NCBI GenBank assembly: GCA_028023455.1
Contig: JAQFVV010000003.1
Span: 22,134,001 to 22,198,000, forward strand
Reading direction: 5' to 3'
Source of the DNA: Epiperipatus broadwayi
Lineage: Eukaryota > Animalia > Onychophora
Length of the DNA: 64,000 nucleotides
Under the pieces are notes generated by a model, which worked only from the letters and a program-made list of their open reading frames with translations, was not told the origin of the DNA and made no database searches. How positions within the stretch are numbered: the stretch's first letter is position 1; each line of letters opens with the position of its first letter. Positions 1 through 12,749 of this stretch are shown here, piece after piece. Made by a program: the position numbers and the translations under genes.

Positions 1-1079
1 AAAGAATTAAGAAACTGAAATGAAATTTAACAGGAAATATTTTTACAAGGAATGACAATAAATGGGAGATTAGTAACCAAAAGATAGGAAAAGACTAAAA
101 AAAGGTAATATATGATGTAGAGAAGCTGTGAATCAAGAAACTGTATAAAGCTTGGAGAAATTGAAATGATGCTGATAAATGGAATTATCATGGTGTTATA
201 TAATGAACGTGCTAATAGCTCTTAACAAACTCATGTAATATATAACTTGATTTCCTTGCAATTATCAAGATATTATATATTCACTTAGTCATATACTACC
301 TTAGATTAAAAAATTAAATATATGAATTTTGGTTTCTCGTATTCCTTAAAATAATGGTATAAATTTAGTAATTTACTACGTTTTAAAAACAATAATAAAA
401 ATATGTATCTTTACAGAAGATAGATCTTACAGGCAAATGACATGTCAAATCTCAAACATAAAAAAAAAATTTGTTGAACATTCCAAATATTTATTAAATA
501 AGTACAATGTTTACAATGACAATTATGAATATATGATAAATTAAAAGAGGAAAGTAGAATTACAAATATAAAGGATTAGTATGTGTACCTGAGGATAAAT
601 AAATGTAAGATAGTAATATTGTGAGCAAGAGTTAAACCTGAATACCCGGTCTATTATGAACACACAAGTAAGCCAATTAAACTCAACCCATCTCACCCAG
701 ACAAATTACCTCACCCTACCAAGAGTCACTTAGTCAATCTAGAGTTCAGTCAGATCTCTGTCGAAAAAACTCTGTCACTGTGGATGCTTAGGTATTGTAT
801 GCTAAAATCTGATGAGTTCAGTTTATTATTATCCATTTTGATAACATAAAAATCCGACCTTATAATTATTTAAAAAAAACCACTTTCAGCGATATCTTAG
901 ACAGAAGAAACAAAGAGTTTCACCAGCAATCATCCTTTCAATGTAATCAGTGTCCATGTTTCCTCATATAATACTTTTGGAACTAGAAGCATGTCACAGT
1001 TTTTAAATTTTATAAGTCTATTCAGAAAAAAATTTTCATCTTGAACTGCACCGGGATTGAAAATCATTTTACGGGTAGA

Positions 1080-1620
1080 CCAGAATGCATAATTAATGAA
1101 TAATAAAAGCCTAATAGTTGGGATGGATCTTTCTTAATACTATCCTTAAGAAAAGTAACAAGGTAAAAATTCCCTTTAAGATTATCAGCGATAATCCTTC
1201 TAGACCTCCAGAGTCCAGGGCACAAGCGAACCAGATGGTCAAAAGTTTCATCATGAGTCTGGCAGAGGGGACAGATGGGGTCAATTTTGTTGATGCCTCA
1301 CCTATAGAAGAGAAACCGATTAATGCTAATGGCATTCAAATTTATCTTAATGGTGAAATCAACGTATTTCGGTTCCATAGCCCAGCACCTGAAGAGGAAG
1401 ATGATCTTATTGTTGGTCAGGGCAAGGAGTGGTGTTATGGGAATTGTGACGGTGAATGAGACTATGAGCTTGCCAAATATTAATCCTGTTATCAAACGTA
1501 TCATTTGTGATTACCATGTAGCTTTTGATCAAATCAATCACAACATCAAGGAAGTCCTTGACTCTAGGAGGAGGTCTATCCGTCGGGATTACTGGTAAAA
1601 TGACTTGCTCATATCCAAAT
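1080..1620 (+). mobile_element. Decayed RNase H domain, probably from an RNase H-bearing non-LTR retrotransposon
   Basis: ORF 1118-1459 has NFVDAS (cf. YTDGS) and PEEEDDLIVGQGKEW (cf. AELxAIxxALEW); after a frameshift come TMSL (cf. DSxS) and GTCGGGATTACTGGT = VGITG (cf. HxGIxGNE) near 1582-1597; motif order and spacing fit RNase HI. Confidence 0.5.
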
Positions 1621-1902
1621 GATTTGATAAACATTGTGATAAAATTAAATATCTTTTGAAGATGAATGGCTTGAATAGCATAATAAGAAAGTCCATTATA
1701 CTTTCAGTGTAGTTGCATCCTGTTAATGCTAATTGCAACAACTTTACCACCCCAGAAAAGTCGGGTTAGCAAGAGAATTCATTTTATTGATAAACAAAGC
1801 AAAACTCTCCATACAGTATTGCTACCTGTGCTAAACAGAGTAATCAATGGATGCCAGAAGGCTTGTGCATAAAATCCCTATATAATGCCTACTCATCCAA
1901 TA

Positions 1903-1944
1903 TCCCCAGACTAGTTTCTGGCTTGTGGCCTTCGTCAGTGAGGA
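1903..1944 (-). ncRNA. Type I hammerhead ribozyme, family A (left arm)
   Basis: Exact reverse complement of the 2038-2079 motif. Confidence 0.8.
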
Positions 1945-2037
1945 GCTTTGGATCTGAGTTAAGTAGAGATAAAAGATGGTTGCTAGAGGGTTGCATTAGA
2001 TCCTAGGATCTAAATGCAGTGCTCTTAGATCCAAATC

Positions 2038-2079
2038 TCCTCACTGACGAAGGCCACAAGCCAGAAACTAGTCTGGGGA
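2038..2079 (+). ncRNA. Type I hammerhead ribozyme, family A
   Basis: TCCTCA-CTGACGA-AGGC CACAA GCCA-GAAA-CTAG-TC-TGGGGA: stem I TCCTCA/TGGGGA, CUGANGA core, GAAA, palindromic stem III ACTAGT, GUC triplet (predicted cleavage after 2073). Confidence 0.8.
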
Positions 2080-2198
2080 TATTGGATGAGTAGGCATTAG
2101 AAAGGGATTTTATGCACAAGCCATTTGGCATCCATTGATTACTCTGTTTAGCACAGGTGACAATACTGTATGGAGAGTTTTGCTTTGTTTATCAACAA

Positions 2199-3014
2199 TT
2201 AATGTGCTAATATAAGAGATGTGATTATGTGATGCTTAATAGAATTGATTTTACTGATAAAGGTCGTGGTGATCCTCATGATGGGCAGGTAATAGTTGAG
2301 CTTGGCCATGATCTTCATTTTGAGAAGCATTACCTTACCATGTAAGTAAAGGTAAACTTTGGATAGACATTTGGTAAGGTTTTCCATTGGTTGCAGAAAG
2401 TCATTTTGAATATCTTTGGACATTTGAAAGTATGTTCTGGATATCTCAAAGCCTAAGAACTTTTGAGGGCTCGCTGTAAATTTGGATACAATCTTCTGAC
2501 CTGAGAATACTTTCCATATAGCTAATTTCAATGGGTTGATAGTGAGGCCATAGTTAGCTTTGTATTGATCCAATATGGAATATAACTAAGGTAAATAGGT
2601 TGTTGAAGGGAGGAAGATAATTACATCGTCCATATAAGCCATGAGCTTTATCAACTTTGCAAGCCTTGGTACGTAGACACCAGGGAATTGTTGTTTAATG
2701 GCTTCCAACAGCAGATCAATATAGATTATAAACAAAAGAGCACTGAGGGGGGAACCTTGCGGAATGGATGTATTAGGTTGGAAGAATGAAGAGAGCTTGC
2801 CATTCAACAAGACAGCAATTTTTCTATTGGATAAGAGGTTACCTATAATCTGTATGATAGAGGTAGGGATGTGATGGACTATTAGCAGGTTTAGAATTGT
2901 ACTAATGTTAACAGAGTCAAATGCTGCATTGAAATCAATCTGGATAGCTATGATAGCCTGCTTTCTCTGTTTTCTAACGTAATCAATTAAAATTGGTGAA
3001 GATTTTTTTAACAT
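2199..3014 (-). mobile_element. L1/Tx1-like non-LTR retrotransposon RT fragment
   Basis: ORF 2586-3014: IDFNAAFDSV, IPQGSPLSALLF, AYMDDV; ORF 2199-2573 continues with GLTINPLK, KFLG and LHGKVMLLKMKIMAKLNY (thumb region); cut at 2199 by the family A fold-back. Confidence 0.85.
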
Positions 3015-4638
3015 GATAGAAATTTTAAAAGCAATTAATTATCCATTTATAAGTATTACACACTTTTCTCAGAACATTTTGTAATGATTATAGTGAATAG
3101 AAATATAATAATGCTCTATTTTTTGACCTAGGAACTTAAAACGACAGATTTATATTGTAGTAAAACGTGACATTAATATCTATTTTTATATGAATTGTAA
3201 TAATTAGAGATCACTCCACTACATATGCGCTTTATGATTTAAACACTTTAATGAATATTCTCCTTTCCAAACACAAGACAAAATCTTTTTGAAAAGACTG
3301 AAATGAATCCACTCTATCTTTTTAACTTAAGCGTGCATGTATAAATATTAAGCATTTGAAAATGAGAGCATGAAGATATTAAATAATCACTTTCAATTCC
3401 TTTTACTATGTTTTAAGGAATAAATAACGCGTAATTTTTACAATTTACTATATGTCATTATTAGTTGAAATATTAAACATATATAACGAGTTATTTATTT
3501 ATATAGCGCTATGTTTTTGAACTGTAATAATAATTAGAGACCTCTAAATATTATTAGTTTAAAAACGTAGTGGTATAAAAATAATAACTCGTTATATATT
3601 GAATTGTTAAAAAATAATAACAATTAATTAAAATTTTAGATAATAGTTTTAAATTAAAAAAAAACCCACTAAAGAATAAATAAGTAAATCGACAGATTAT
3701 TATAATATTATAGCACAAATTTCCGGTTGTCATGTATTCTATTCAAAGATTTTTATTTATTTAGCATATGGTGCCAGCACATTAAAATTCAACGCCAATA
3801 TTCAAAGATAGTCAGAAATAAATAAGAATTAGAACAATAAATAACAGGAGAGTATCACAAGATCAGCAGTAGTTATGCATTGCCTTTACCTTTTAGTATA
3901 CAACTTTTATCATTTTTATAAAAAAAAAAAGACAACGTGAAAAAAAATAAAATGGAGACTTCCATTGTTTAAATTTGTCTTAATAGTAGAGTTAATTGAA
4001 ACAGTAATATCTCACAGATTTTATTGTAAACATTTTTGAATATCTTCTATCAAAGTCCTGTCAGTGATAAGAATGACTGATTGAAAAAAAGACTTTTTGG
4101 TTGATCTTTGATGAAAGTTTAAAAAAAATCAATAGATAAAAGATTTAGTATTGTCTAACTTCAATTGTGATGTTTGAATGTCAAGCAATTGCCATGTAAT
4201 TTTTTTTAAAAAATGGTAATATTTTTGTATGATCATATTTTAAGATAAAATATCAGGAGATTAAAAAACTACAGCAAATCTTCCCATACATAACATTATC
4301 TATAGTAGGTTTTAATTTCAACTAAAATTGTCAGAAAACCTGGAATATTTAAAAATATTTCCCATGCCTTTGTCCCTAAGAAACTTTTTTTTAATCAAAT
4401 AATGAATTTTTTAAATATTTACAACAAGACTAACAAATATTCATTAAATAATGTGATAAAATGTAAGATGGTGTATTCTTAGGCAAGGTCAGAAATCTCT
4501 GTCTACAATAAGATTACAGGACTAGAAATTTTGTAATTTAACATTCTTTTCTCAAAAACCATTTTATATTATTTTTAAATCAACTACTTCTTTGGACTCC
4601 ATTATCCTATTTTAATCCATAACTACCAAATCACTCTA

Positions 4639-4726
4639 TTAGCATTTACACACTTCCTTTTCTTCTATCCCATTAATAAAAATTAGCATTTACACACTTC
4701 CTTTTCTTCTATCCCATTAATAAAAA
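4639..4726. repeat. 44-bp tandem duplication
   Basis: TTAGCATTTACACACTTCCTTTTCTTCTATCCCATTAATAAAA present twice, directly abutting the left TSD of the family A insertion. Confidence 0.9.
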
Positions 4727-4733
4727 CTACTTT

Positions 4734-6057
4734 AAAACAGGCAAAACTCTCCATACAGTATTGCCACTCAGTGCAAGCTAGAGTAATCAATAGATGCCAG
4801 AAGGCTTGTGCATAAAATCCCCATCTCACCCCAACTGATTCAATATCCCCAGACTAGTTTCTGACTTGTGGCCTTCATCAGTGACAAGCCTTGAATCTGA
4901 CAGCACTGCACCTAGATCTTGGATCTAATGCAACCCTCCAGCAGTTAATTTCTATCTCTACTTAACTACAAAACTATGAGTCTTAAATTGAAAACACAAT
5001 ATTTTCAATCCAAACTCATTAGCTTATATAGTTATACAGGTTTGAACTGAGTTCAGTACCTATACATTTTGGTGTCTATAGTTCTTTAATAACCATAGCC
5101 ACCACTATCCTATTAGGCAGGATTGGTTTTAAGCCAATAAACATCTCATAATCACCATTTCTTATGCTTACTTATAACTTATTAAAACAGGCAAAACTCT
5201 CCATACAGTATTGCCACTCAGTGCAAGCCAGAGTAATCAATGGATGCCGGAAGGCCTATGCATAAAATCCCCATCTAGTGTCTACTCATCCAATATCCCC
5301 AAGATTAGTTTCTGGCTTGTGGCCTTCATCAATGTAGTTAAGTAGAGATAAAAGGTGGTTTCTGGGGAGTTGCATTAAATCCTAAGATCTAGGTGCAGTG
5401 TTCTCAGATTCAAGGCTCCTCACTGACGAAAACCACAAGTCAGACACTAGTCTGAGGAAATTGGATGAATAGACTACATAGGGATATTATGCACAAGCCT
5501 TCTGCCATCCATCGATTATTCTGGCTTGCACCGAGTGGCAATATGTATGGAGAGTTTTGCCATTTTAAGGCAGTTATAAGCAAGCATAAGAAATGGTGAT
5601 CATGCGATGTTTATTGACTTAAAACCAATCCTTCCTAATAGGATAGTGGTGGCTATGGAACACCAAAATGTATAGGTACTGAACTGAGTTCAGATGTATA
5701 TGATTATATACGCTAATGAGCTTGGATTGAAAATATTATTGTGTTTTCAATTTAAGATTCATAGTTTTGTACTTACATAGAGATAAATGGTGGCTGCTCG
5801 AGGGTTGCATTAGATTCTAAGATCTAGCTGCAGTGCTCTCAGATCCAAGATTCTTCACTGATGGCCACACGCCAAAAACTAATCTGGGCATATTGGATGA
5901 GTAGGCACTAGATAGGGATTTTATGCACAAGCCTTCTGGCATCTATGGATTACTCTGGCTTGCACTGAGTGGCAATACTGTATGGAGAGTATTGCCTGTT
6001 TTGATAACAGTTATAAGAAAACATAAATAATGGTGATCATGCTATGTTTATTGGCTC
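4734..6057. mobile_element. Family A hammerhead-repeat insertion: >1 unit antisense joined to >1 unit sense, 12-bp TSD
   Basis: Unit period 450 bp (4734 vs 5184) and ~435 bp (5549 vs 5984); strand switch at ~5332; AAAAACTACTTT at 4722-4733 and 6058-6069; hammerhead motifs at 4846-4887 (-), ~5296-5331 (-, truncated), 5417-5458 (+) and ~5852-5890 (+). Confidence 0.9.
4846..4887 (-). ncRNA. Type I hammerhead ribozyme, family A (core intact, stems decayed)
   Basis: Reverse complement reads TTGTCA-CTGATGA-AGGC CACAA GTCA-GAAA-CTAG-TC-TGGGGA. Confidence 0.65.
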
Positions 6058-6689
6058 AAAAACTACTTTGTTAGTTTCAATACCCTCTACTCAAATCATA
6101 GAGTCCTAAATAAAAACCAAAATTTTTTTACCTCTTTTAATCATATCACTTTGTTTTTCCTATTTCACATACAATTCATCATGTTCTCTTTCAACTTGCT
6201 ATATTCCAAAAATAAATATTTACTATTTTCGGTATCGTTTTAACCTCTATAATCCAAATTCTTATTCTATTTTCATACGTTTTCGTCAATATTTAAAACA
6301 GTTGATCTTTCAATAAATTCCTTCTAGTATTATATACCATTTTATACTTAATAAATTCTTAAAAATTCCAATTCATTTTTCATTATCTAGTGGTTGTTGT
6401 TGTTTCCCCCTCTAATCACATAATTTCAAATTGCAATATATTCCCAGCTAATCTATTCCATTTTTATATAAATATATAAAAATAAATTTGCCATTAATTT
6501 TATATATTGTAAAACCTTTTTATAAAGTTTAGTCAATAACAAAATAAAAGCTAAATTATGTATTTTGATAGACATGTCCCAAAAATTAAAAAGAGATAAA
6601 AATAATATATATTTTGTATATTTTCTTTTAATTAATTAGCCGATAGTTTTAAAGTATTTTATAATTTTTTATGTCAATGTAAACTCATT

Positions 6690-9600
6690 AACTGAAAGGA
6701 GACTTTTCAATTCCTCTTGGATGCCTTAAAGGAACCGAGCAAGACAAATTCCTAACGTCCACTCCATATGTTTGTGTCATTGCAGCTGTTATTACTATGT
6801 GATTATTTATATAGTATAATAACATGGATGGGCTGCTCACCAACATGCATTATCCAGTGACGTGAGTTTAATGGCTTTTTACGTCTGAGTTTAAGATCAA
6901 GAAACATCATGGTCTTTCTTCTCAGTTGCCTGATAAGGCAGAATCAATGTATGTGTAAATGATAAATATTTTTCCAATAGATATATACAATCATGACAGA
7001 CAAAAATAAATTATGGCCCTTATTCCCAGGAGGCTGTAAGGTCATCAACCAAGTTGGTGGCCGAAGGCGGAGAGTGCTAAGAATCCCAATTGTGGACCTA
7101 GGCTGCCATTTGATGATGACTTTTTATTTAGGTACTTACAACTATAGATCACTGTCAAGTGAAGGAAGATTGCAAGAATAAGAAGAACTGTCTTATATTA
7201 AATGGGACAAACAAAGTTAGAAGAAAAGGTGAAGAGACAACTGATTTAAAAAGTGGACATGTACTCTACTATAAAGGCAGAAATATTGGAAATAGAAGTG
7301 GATAGGATTCATTATAAATAAAAAGTGGAAGAACAAGATTGTGGAGATTGATGGTGTATTGGACAGAGTGGCAAGATTAGTTATACAACTTAATAGCAGA
7401 TACCAAATGCAGATAATTCAGGTTTATGCCTCAACAAGTTCTCATAATGAAAAAATAGTAGATTTTTATATGGATGTACAAAAGGCTTTTGATCAGAGTA
7501 AACAACATTTTAAAATTGTTATGGGAGACTTTAATGCAGAATTTGTAAACAAATTAAAGATGAAAGTGCTGTGGGTAATTTTGGTTATGGTAATAGAAAT
7601 GAGAGAGGACATAGACTTGTGGAGTTTGCAGGGAAAAAAAACTTTTATATTATGAAATTTTTTTTTTTGAGAAAAATGGACATGGAAGCATCCAAATGAA
7701 AGTAAAGCAGAATTGTATGATATTTTGACTAACAGAAGATTGTAATGTTCTTAATAAATTTATCACAGGAAGTGATCATTGATTAATAACATGTAAGATG
7801 TGTGTTAATGCAAAACACGAAATAAAAATTATTAAGAAAAACAATATTTACAGTTGATATACCTAATCTTCAGAAACATTCTAATGAATTTTAGTAAATT
7901 TTGAACATGATTCAAATTTGAATGAAATTAATATGAAAATAACTGATACACTTTTAAAAACTGCAACAAAGAAAGCTGATAGAAAAAAGCAGCAATTGAC
8001 CAATAAAATTTCTACTGACTAGAGAATTTATGAAAAAAAGAAGGAATATAAAGATATACAAAAATGATGCAGTAAAAAGGATTGAATATCTTGAAATTTT
8101 GTAAAATGGTGCAGAAAAGAGTTGAAAATGATATAAGAAAGTATAACTGTGAACTAGCAAGGAAAGCTGTAGAAGAGAATAAGTCTCAAGAGTGTAAAAT
8201 AACATTTTGGTATTGGTGGAAATTTATATCTGCATAAAAACAAAAATGGAATTATTACTAAAAAGAAAGATGATACCATGAAATGGGTAGAATATTTCTA
8301 TTAAGAATTATATAATAATAAAGCACAAGTACCTACTACATCTATTATATCTTCTGAATTGCCCAGAATTTTAAATGAAGAACAGAGACATGCAATTAAA
8401 TTTATGAAGAAAGGAAAGGCTCCAGATAATGATGGAATTGTAATTGATATATTAAAAGAAGCAGGTGAAGAAATAGAAATTTTTTTAGTAAAGTTATATA
8501 CCAAATGTCTAAATGATAAAGATGTACCAGATGATTGGACGAATGCAGTATTAATATTAATATTTAAAAAATGTGATAAAAAAGATATTAGAAATTACAG
8601 ATCTATCAGCCTTTTATCAGTTTTATACAAAATTTTAACCAAGATAATTACAACTTAGCTACAGAGAACATTAGATTTCCACCAATCAAGAGAACAAGCT
8701 GGATTTAAAAGTGGTTTTAGTACAGTAGATCATATCCTGGTATTGAGAGAAGTTATAGAAAGGACAAATAAATATAGGTTGCCATTATGCTTTGGATTTT
8801 TAGATTATGAAAAGGCATTTGATTCTATAAACATTTCTTCAGTGATTAAAGCATTGGATTGTCAAGATGTAGATCCAGGATATTGTCATATTTTAAAGAA
8901 TATTTATAAAAATGCAATAGCAACAATTAGATTACATAAAGATACTAGGAAAGTCAACATTGAGAAGGGTGTAAGACAAGTGACTCCATATCTCCAAAAC
9001 TTTTTACAGCAGGGCTGCAAGAAGTAGTTTGTGGATTAAAATGGGAAGCTAAAGGAGTGAAAGTAAATGGAGATTATTTAAGTCATTTAGATTTTGCAGA
9101 TGATGTAGTTGTTTTTGCAAATAATGCTTTCGAACTGCAGGAAATGTTGCAGGAGTTATCAGATGAAAGTAGGAAAGTAGGACTAAAGATAAATTTTAAA
9201 ACGACTAAAGTAACGTTTAATGGATTTTCTCAAAATATAAAAATAAAAGATTGATTATGATGAGTTAGAAGAAGTTAACGGCTACAAATACCTTGGTCAT
9301 ATTATTAATACAGATGGAAACAAAATGGATGCAATTAATCATAGAATTCAACTTGGTTGGGGGACTTTTGCTAAAAATAACTTGATACTAAAAGGAAATA
9401 TGCCTGTGTGTTTGAAAAGGAAGGTTTTTAATAAATGTGTTTTACCAGTTCTTATTTATGGATCAGAGACTTGGACACTTAATAGAAGAGCAATACAGAG
9501 ACTTCAGACCATTCAAAGAAGTATGAAAAAATGCATATAGGGAGTAACAAGAAGAGATTGAAAACACAATATATGGGTAAGAGAACAAACAGGTGTTACT

Positions 9601-9868
9601 CACCTCATTGAAAAAATTAAAAGACTGAAGTGGAGTTGGGCTGAACATATTGCTAGAAGAGATGATAATAGATGGACAATTGAAATCTTAAACTGGATTC
9701 CAAGATATTGTAAAAGACCCAGAAAGAGCCCACATGTTAGATGGATGGATGAAATAAGAAAGTGTGCAGGAGTGATGTGGAGAAGAGAAGCTAAGGATCG
9801 GAGAAGATGGGTTGAACTTGGAGAGACCTTCATCCTGCAGTGAATTGATAATGGTGGATGATGATGAC
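6690..9868 (+). mobile_element. Near full-length decayed RTE-clade LINE (APE endonuclease + RT)
   Basis: LGTYNYRSL, QIIQVYAST, VMGDFNA (APE); GKAPDNDGI, NYRSISLLS, FLDYEKAFDS, GVRQ, HLDFADD, YKYLG, YGSETW; ends in a TGATGATGA tail at ~9857-9868; many stops and frameshifts. Confidence 0.9.
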
Positions 9869-10194
9869 AATATGTGATTTCCATATCCAAAATACTGACA
9901 AGTAAAACTAAATATGAATTAATTTTCTACCACAAATATATCTACATTGAGAGTAACTATAGTAGGTATGCCTAACATTTATCAAAAATTAATCAAAAGA
10001 GAACTTTCAACTATTTAAATACATTATTTGTTGTTATATATTAAAACATGTAAAGATTTGTGTGGATGAATTTTGTATAGTGATAATGCTTTGTAGTTTA
10101 CGAGTGGAATAATCTAGACTTACCATCCTTCATGAATGGACAGAAAATTTAAATGTCTACACAATATCATAGCTACAGAAAGAAATTTACTGAT

Positions 10195-11722
10195 ACCTGA
10201 AAAGACACCAATTCCTTTTCGAGGCTTTAACAGAACTGACCAGGGAAAATTCCTAATACCAATTCCATATATTCTTGTCATTGCAATTATTATTATTATA
10301 TTATCCATATGGTAAATAATGATAGATGGGTTGCTCACCAACATGCATGAACCAGCATGGAAAGCTTTCTGGTTTTCTACTCTGGCATTAACATCATGAT
10401 CATTCCTTTTAGTTGCCTGATAGTTTTTTACTGAAATTGTCAGTTGAGTTAAAAATAGAATGAATGTGTATGAATGAATTTGTTGCAGATATACACAATC
10501 ATGACAGACAAAACTAAATTATGGCCCTTATTTTCAGGTTATAAAGTTACCACCCAAGGCAGTAGCTGGTAGCTAAAGTCAATGTTAAAAATTACCTGAT
10601 TGCAGGCTTAGACTATGATTATTGTTTATGTGTCTACAACTGCATTTCAAATGAAATAAGATTGCACAAATTAGAAGAACTATCTAATATTAAGTGGCAT
10701 ATTGTTAGAATTACTAACAGTAAGAAAAAAGATGAAGAAATAATTGAGATTAGCAAGTGAACATATACTTTACTACAAAGGCCACAAATATTAGAGGTCT
10801 AAGTAGAATGGGATTCATTATAAATCAAAAGTCAAGCAGCAACATTAATGAAGATTGATGGTATATCATGCAAAGTGGAAGAATTCAAATTACTGGAAAA
10901 TTAGATTTATGCCTCAACAAGTCCTTACTGAAATGAAGAAGTACAGGATTTTTATATAAATTTATAAAATACTTTTGAAAATTGTCATGGAAGACTTTAC
11001 TGCTAGAAGTGGTAATCAATTGAAAGATGAAAGTGCTATGAATAAATTTTGACTATTGAAATGAAAGAGGACATAAATTTGTGGAATATGTAAAAAAAAA
11101 AAAAAAGCAATAATTGTACATTATCAATTCTTTCTTTGAGAAAAATGCTAATGGACATCCAAATGAAAATGTAATAGAATTAAATTATATTTTGACTAAC
11201 AGAAAATATATGTTTTAAGATTGTAATGTTCTTAAGAGATTCAACACAGAATGATAATCAATTAGTGAGATGTAAAATACATGTTAATGCAAAACTGGAG
11301 ATAAAAACTAATAAAGCTAATATGAATAGCTGTATTCATAATCTTCAGAAACATTCCAATGAATTTAAATTAGACCATTGAGAATTGCAAAAAAAAAAAA
11401 GAAATATGTACAAAAAAAAAGCAGCAATTAATCAGTAAGTTTTATATTAAGCCAAAATAATGTATGAAAAAATAAAAACTATATGAAAATTTGTAAAAAT
11501 GATCCATTAAAAACTGAATATCTGGAATTAATCAAATGGTATAAAAAAAATTAATAATGATATAAGAAAAGATAATCTTGAATTGGTGAGGAAATTTTTA
11601 AGTCTCACAAATGTAAAAATGATATTTGGAAGGATAGTTATTTCGCAAATAAAATAAAAAGATGAGACTATTGTGAAAAAAAGATAATATTCTCAAATGG
11701 ATGGAAAAGTTCTATAATAGAG
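10195..11722 (+). mobile_element. Second RTE-clade copy, 5' UTR + endonuclease region only
   Basis: Colinear with 6690-8300, e.g. ATACACAATCATGACAGACAAAACTAAATTATGGCCCTTATT at ~10490 vs ~6983. Confidence 0.8.
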
Positions 11723-12374
11723 ATGACTTTTTTCCCAATCTTAGCAGAGTTTGAGTTTACAATGAAAAGATAAAAAAACTAGTATTGAAATGTGAGAAAT
11801 TCATACATGTGGGATCTATATCTCAACATGACATACTAAATTCCATTTCCAATAACATAAAATAATTAATTCCACTTATCTTTCTACTATTTTACTTTTA
11901 TTCTTTTGAATCATTTATTTTCAACTTTTTATCCATTTCAATCATTATATATGATCTTCATTAGAGAAAATATTTGTGATGGATGTATACATTATATGAA
12001 AAAGAAAAAATAAATAGAATGCAATAATGTTTTAATCTTTGAAACATTTTTAAAAATAAAAAAAACATCAAAAAAAAGGGGAAAAAAATTGTCAGTTTTT
12101 GAAATGGTAAAATTTTATTTATAAACTTAATACATATGAGACTTTTTAAAAAAATATCTATATATAAAATTTGTGTTCTGTTAAATTTTGTCTTTTATAA
12201 ACTTTAAAATATATACATTTTTACCCTATGTTTTTATTTTTTAAATGCTACAATGTAGTTCAATTAACTTTTTCTATTTATTTTTTTTAGATAGTACATA
12301 TATATTATAAAGATATGTGTATATAAATATGATAATATTAATATTTAACAAGATGTGTATTACTAGTTCTTACT

Positions 12375-12749
12375 TACAGATCCGATATACATTTAACAGA
12401 AGAACAATTTAGACACTTTAGCCATTCAAATAAGTATGGAGCAATGTATATTGGCAATACTAGAAAATATAATACAAGAAGTGTGTAGGTGAGAAAACAA
12501 AGATGTATCACTGACATCATTGAAAGAATTAAAAGACTGAAATGGAATTGGGCTGAATACATTGCTAGAAAAGATAGTAATGGATGGTTAATTGAAATCT
12601 TAAACGGGATCCCAATATTGAAAAAGACCTAGAAAGAGATCACATATGAGATGGCTGGATGAAATAAGAAGGTTTACAAGAGGTTAGAGATTGGAGAATT
12701 TGGGAGAAATCTTCATTGCTGTGGATCGATAATGGTTGAAAATGATGAC
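12375..12749 (+). mobile_element. RTE-clade 3' fragment
   Basis: Homologous to 9455-9868 (AAAAGACTGAAATGGAATTGGGCTGAATACATTGCTAGAA); ends AATGATGAC. Confidence 0.8.

Larger units (their letters stand above)
1783..2199. mobile_element. Family A hammerhead-repeat fold-back insertion (long inverted repeat)
   Basis: Left arm TAAACAAAGCAAAACTCTCCATACAGTATTG... (1791) is the reverse complement of the right arm ending ...CAATACTGTATGGAGAGTTTTGCTTTGTTTA (~2191); homologous to 4734-6057, 36535-36692 and 59627-59999. Confidence 0.9.

Noticed and set aside
800-840. Hammerhead at CTGATGAG (~809)
   Set aside because: No stem II, GAAA or stem I partner nearby; the same applies to matches at ~14107, ~53514 and ~58907
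6690-6950. HDV-like ribozyme in the RTE 5' UTR
   Set aside because: A partial L3-like ACGTCCAC is present, but P1/P2/P4 pairing could not be built and the second copy does not conserve it
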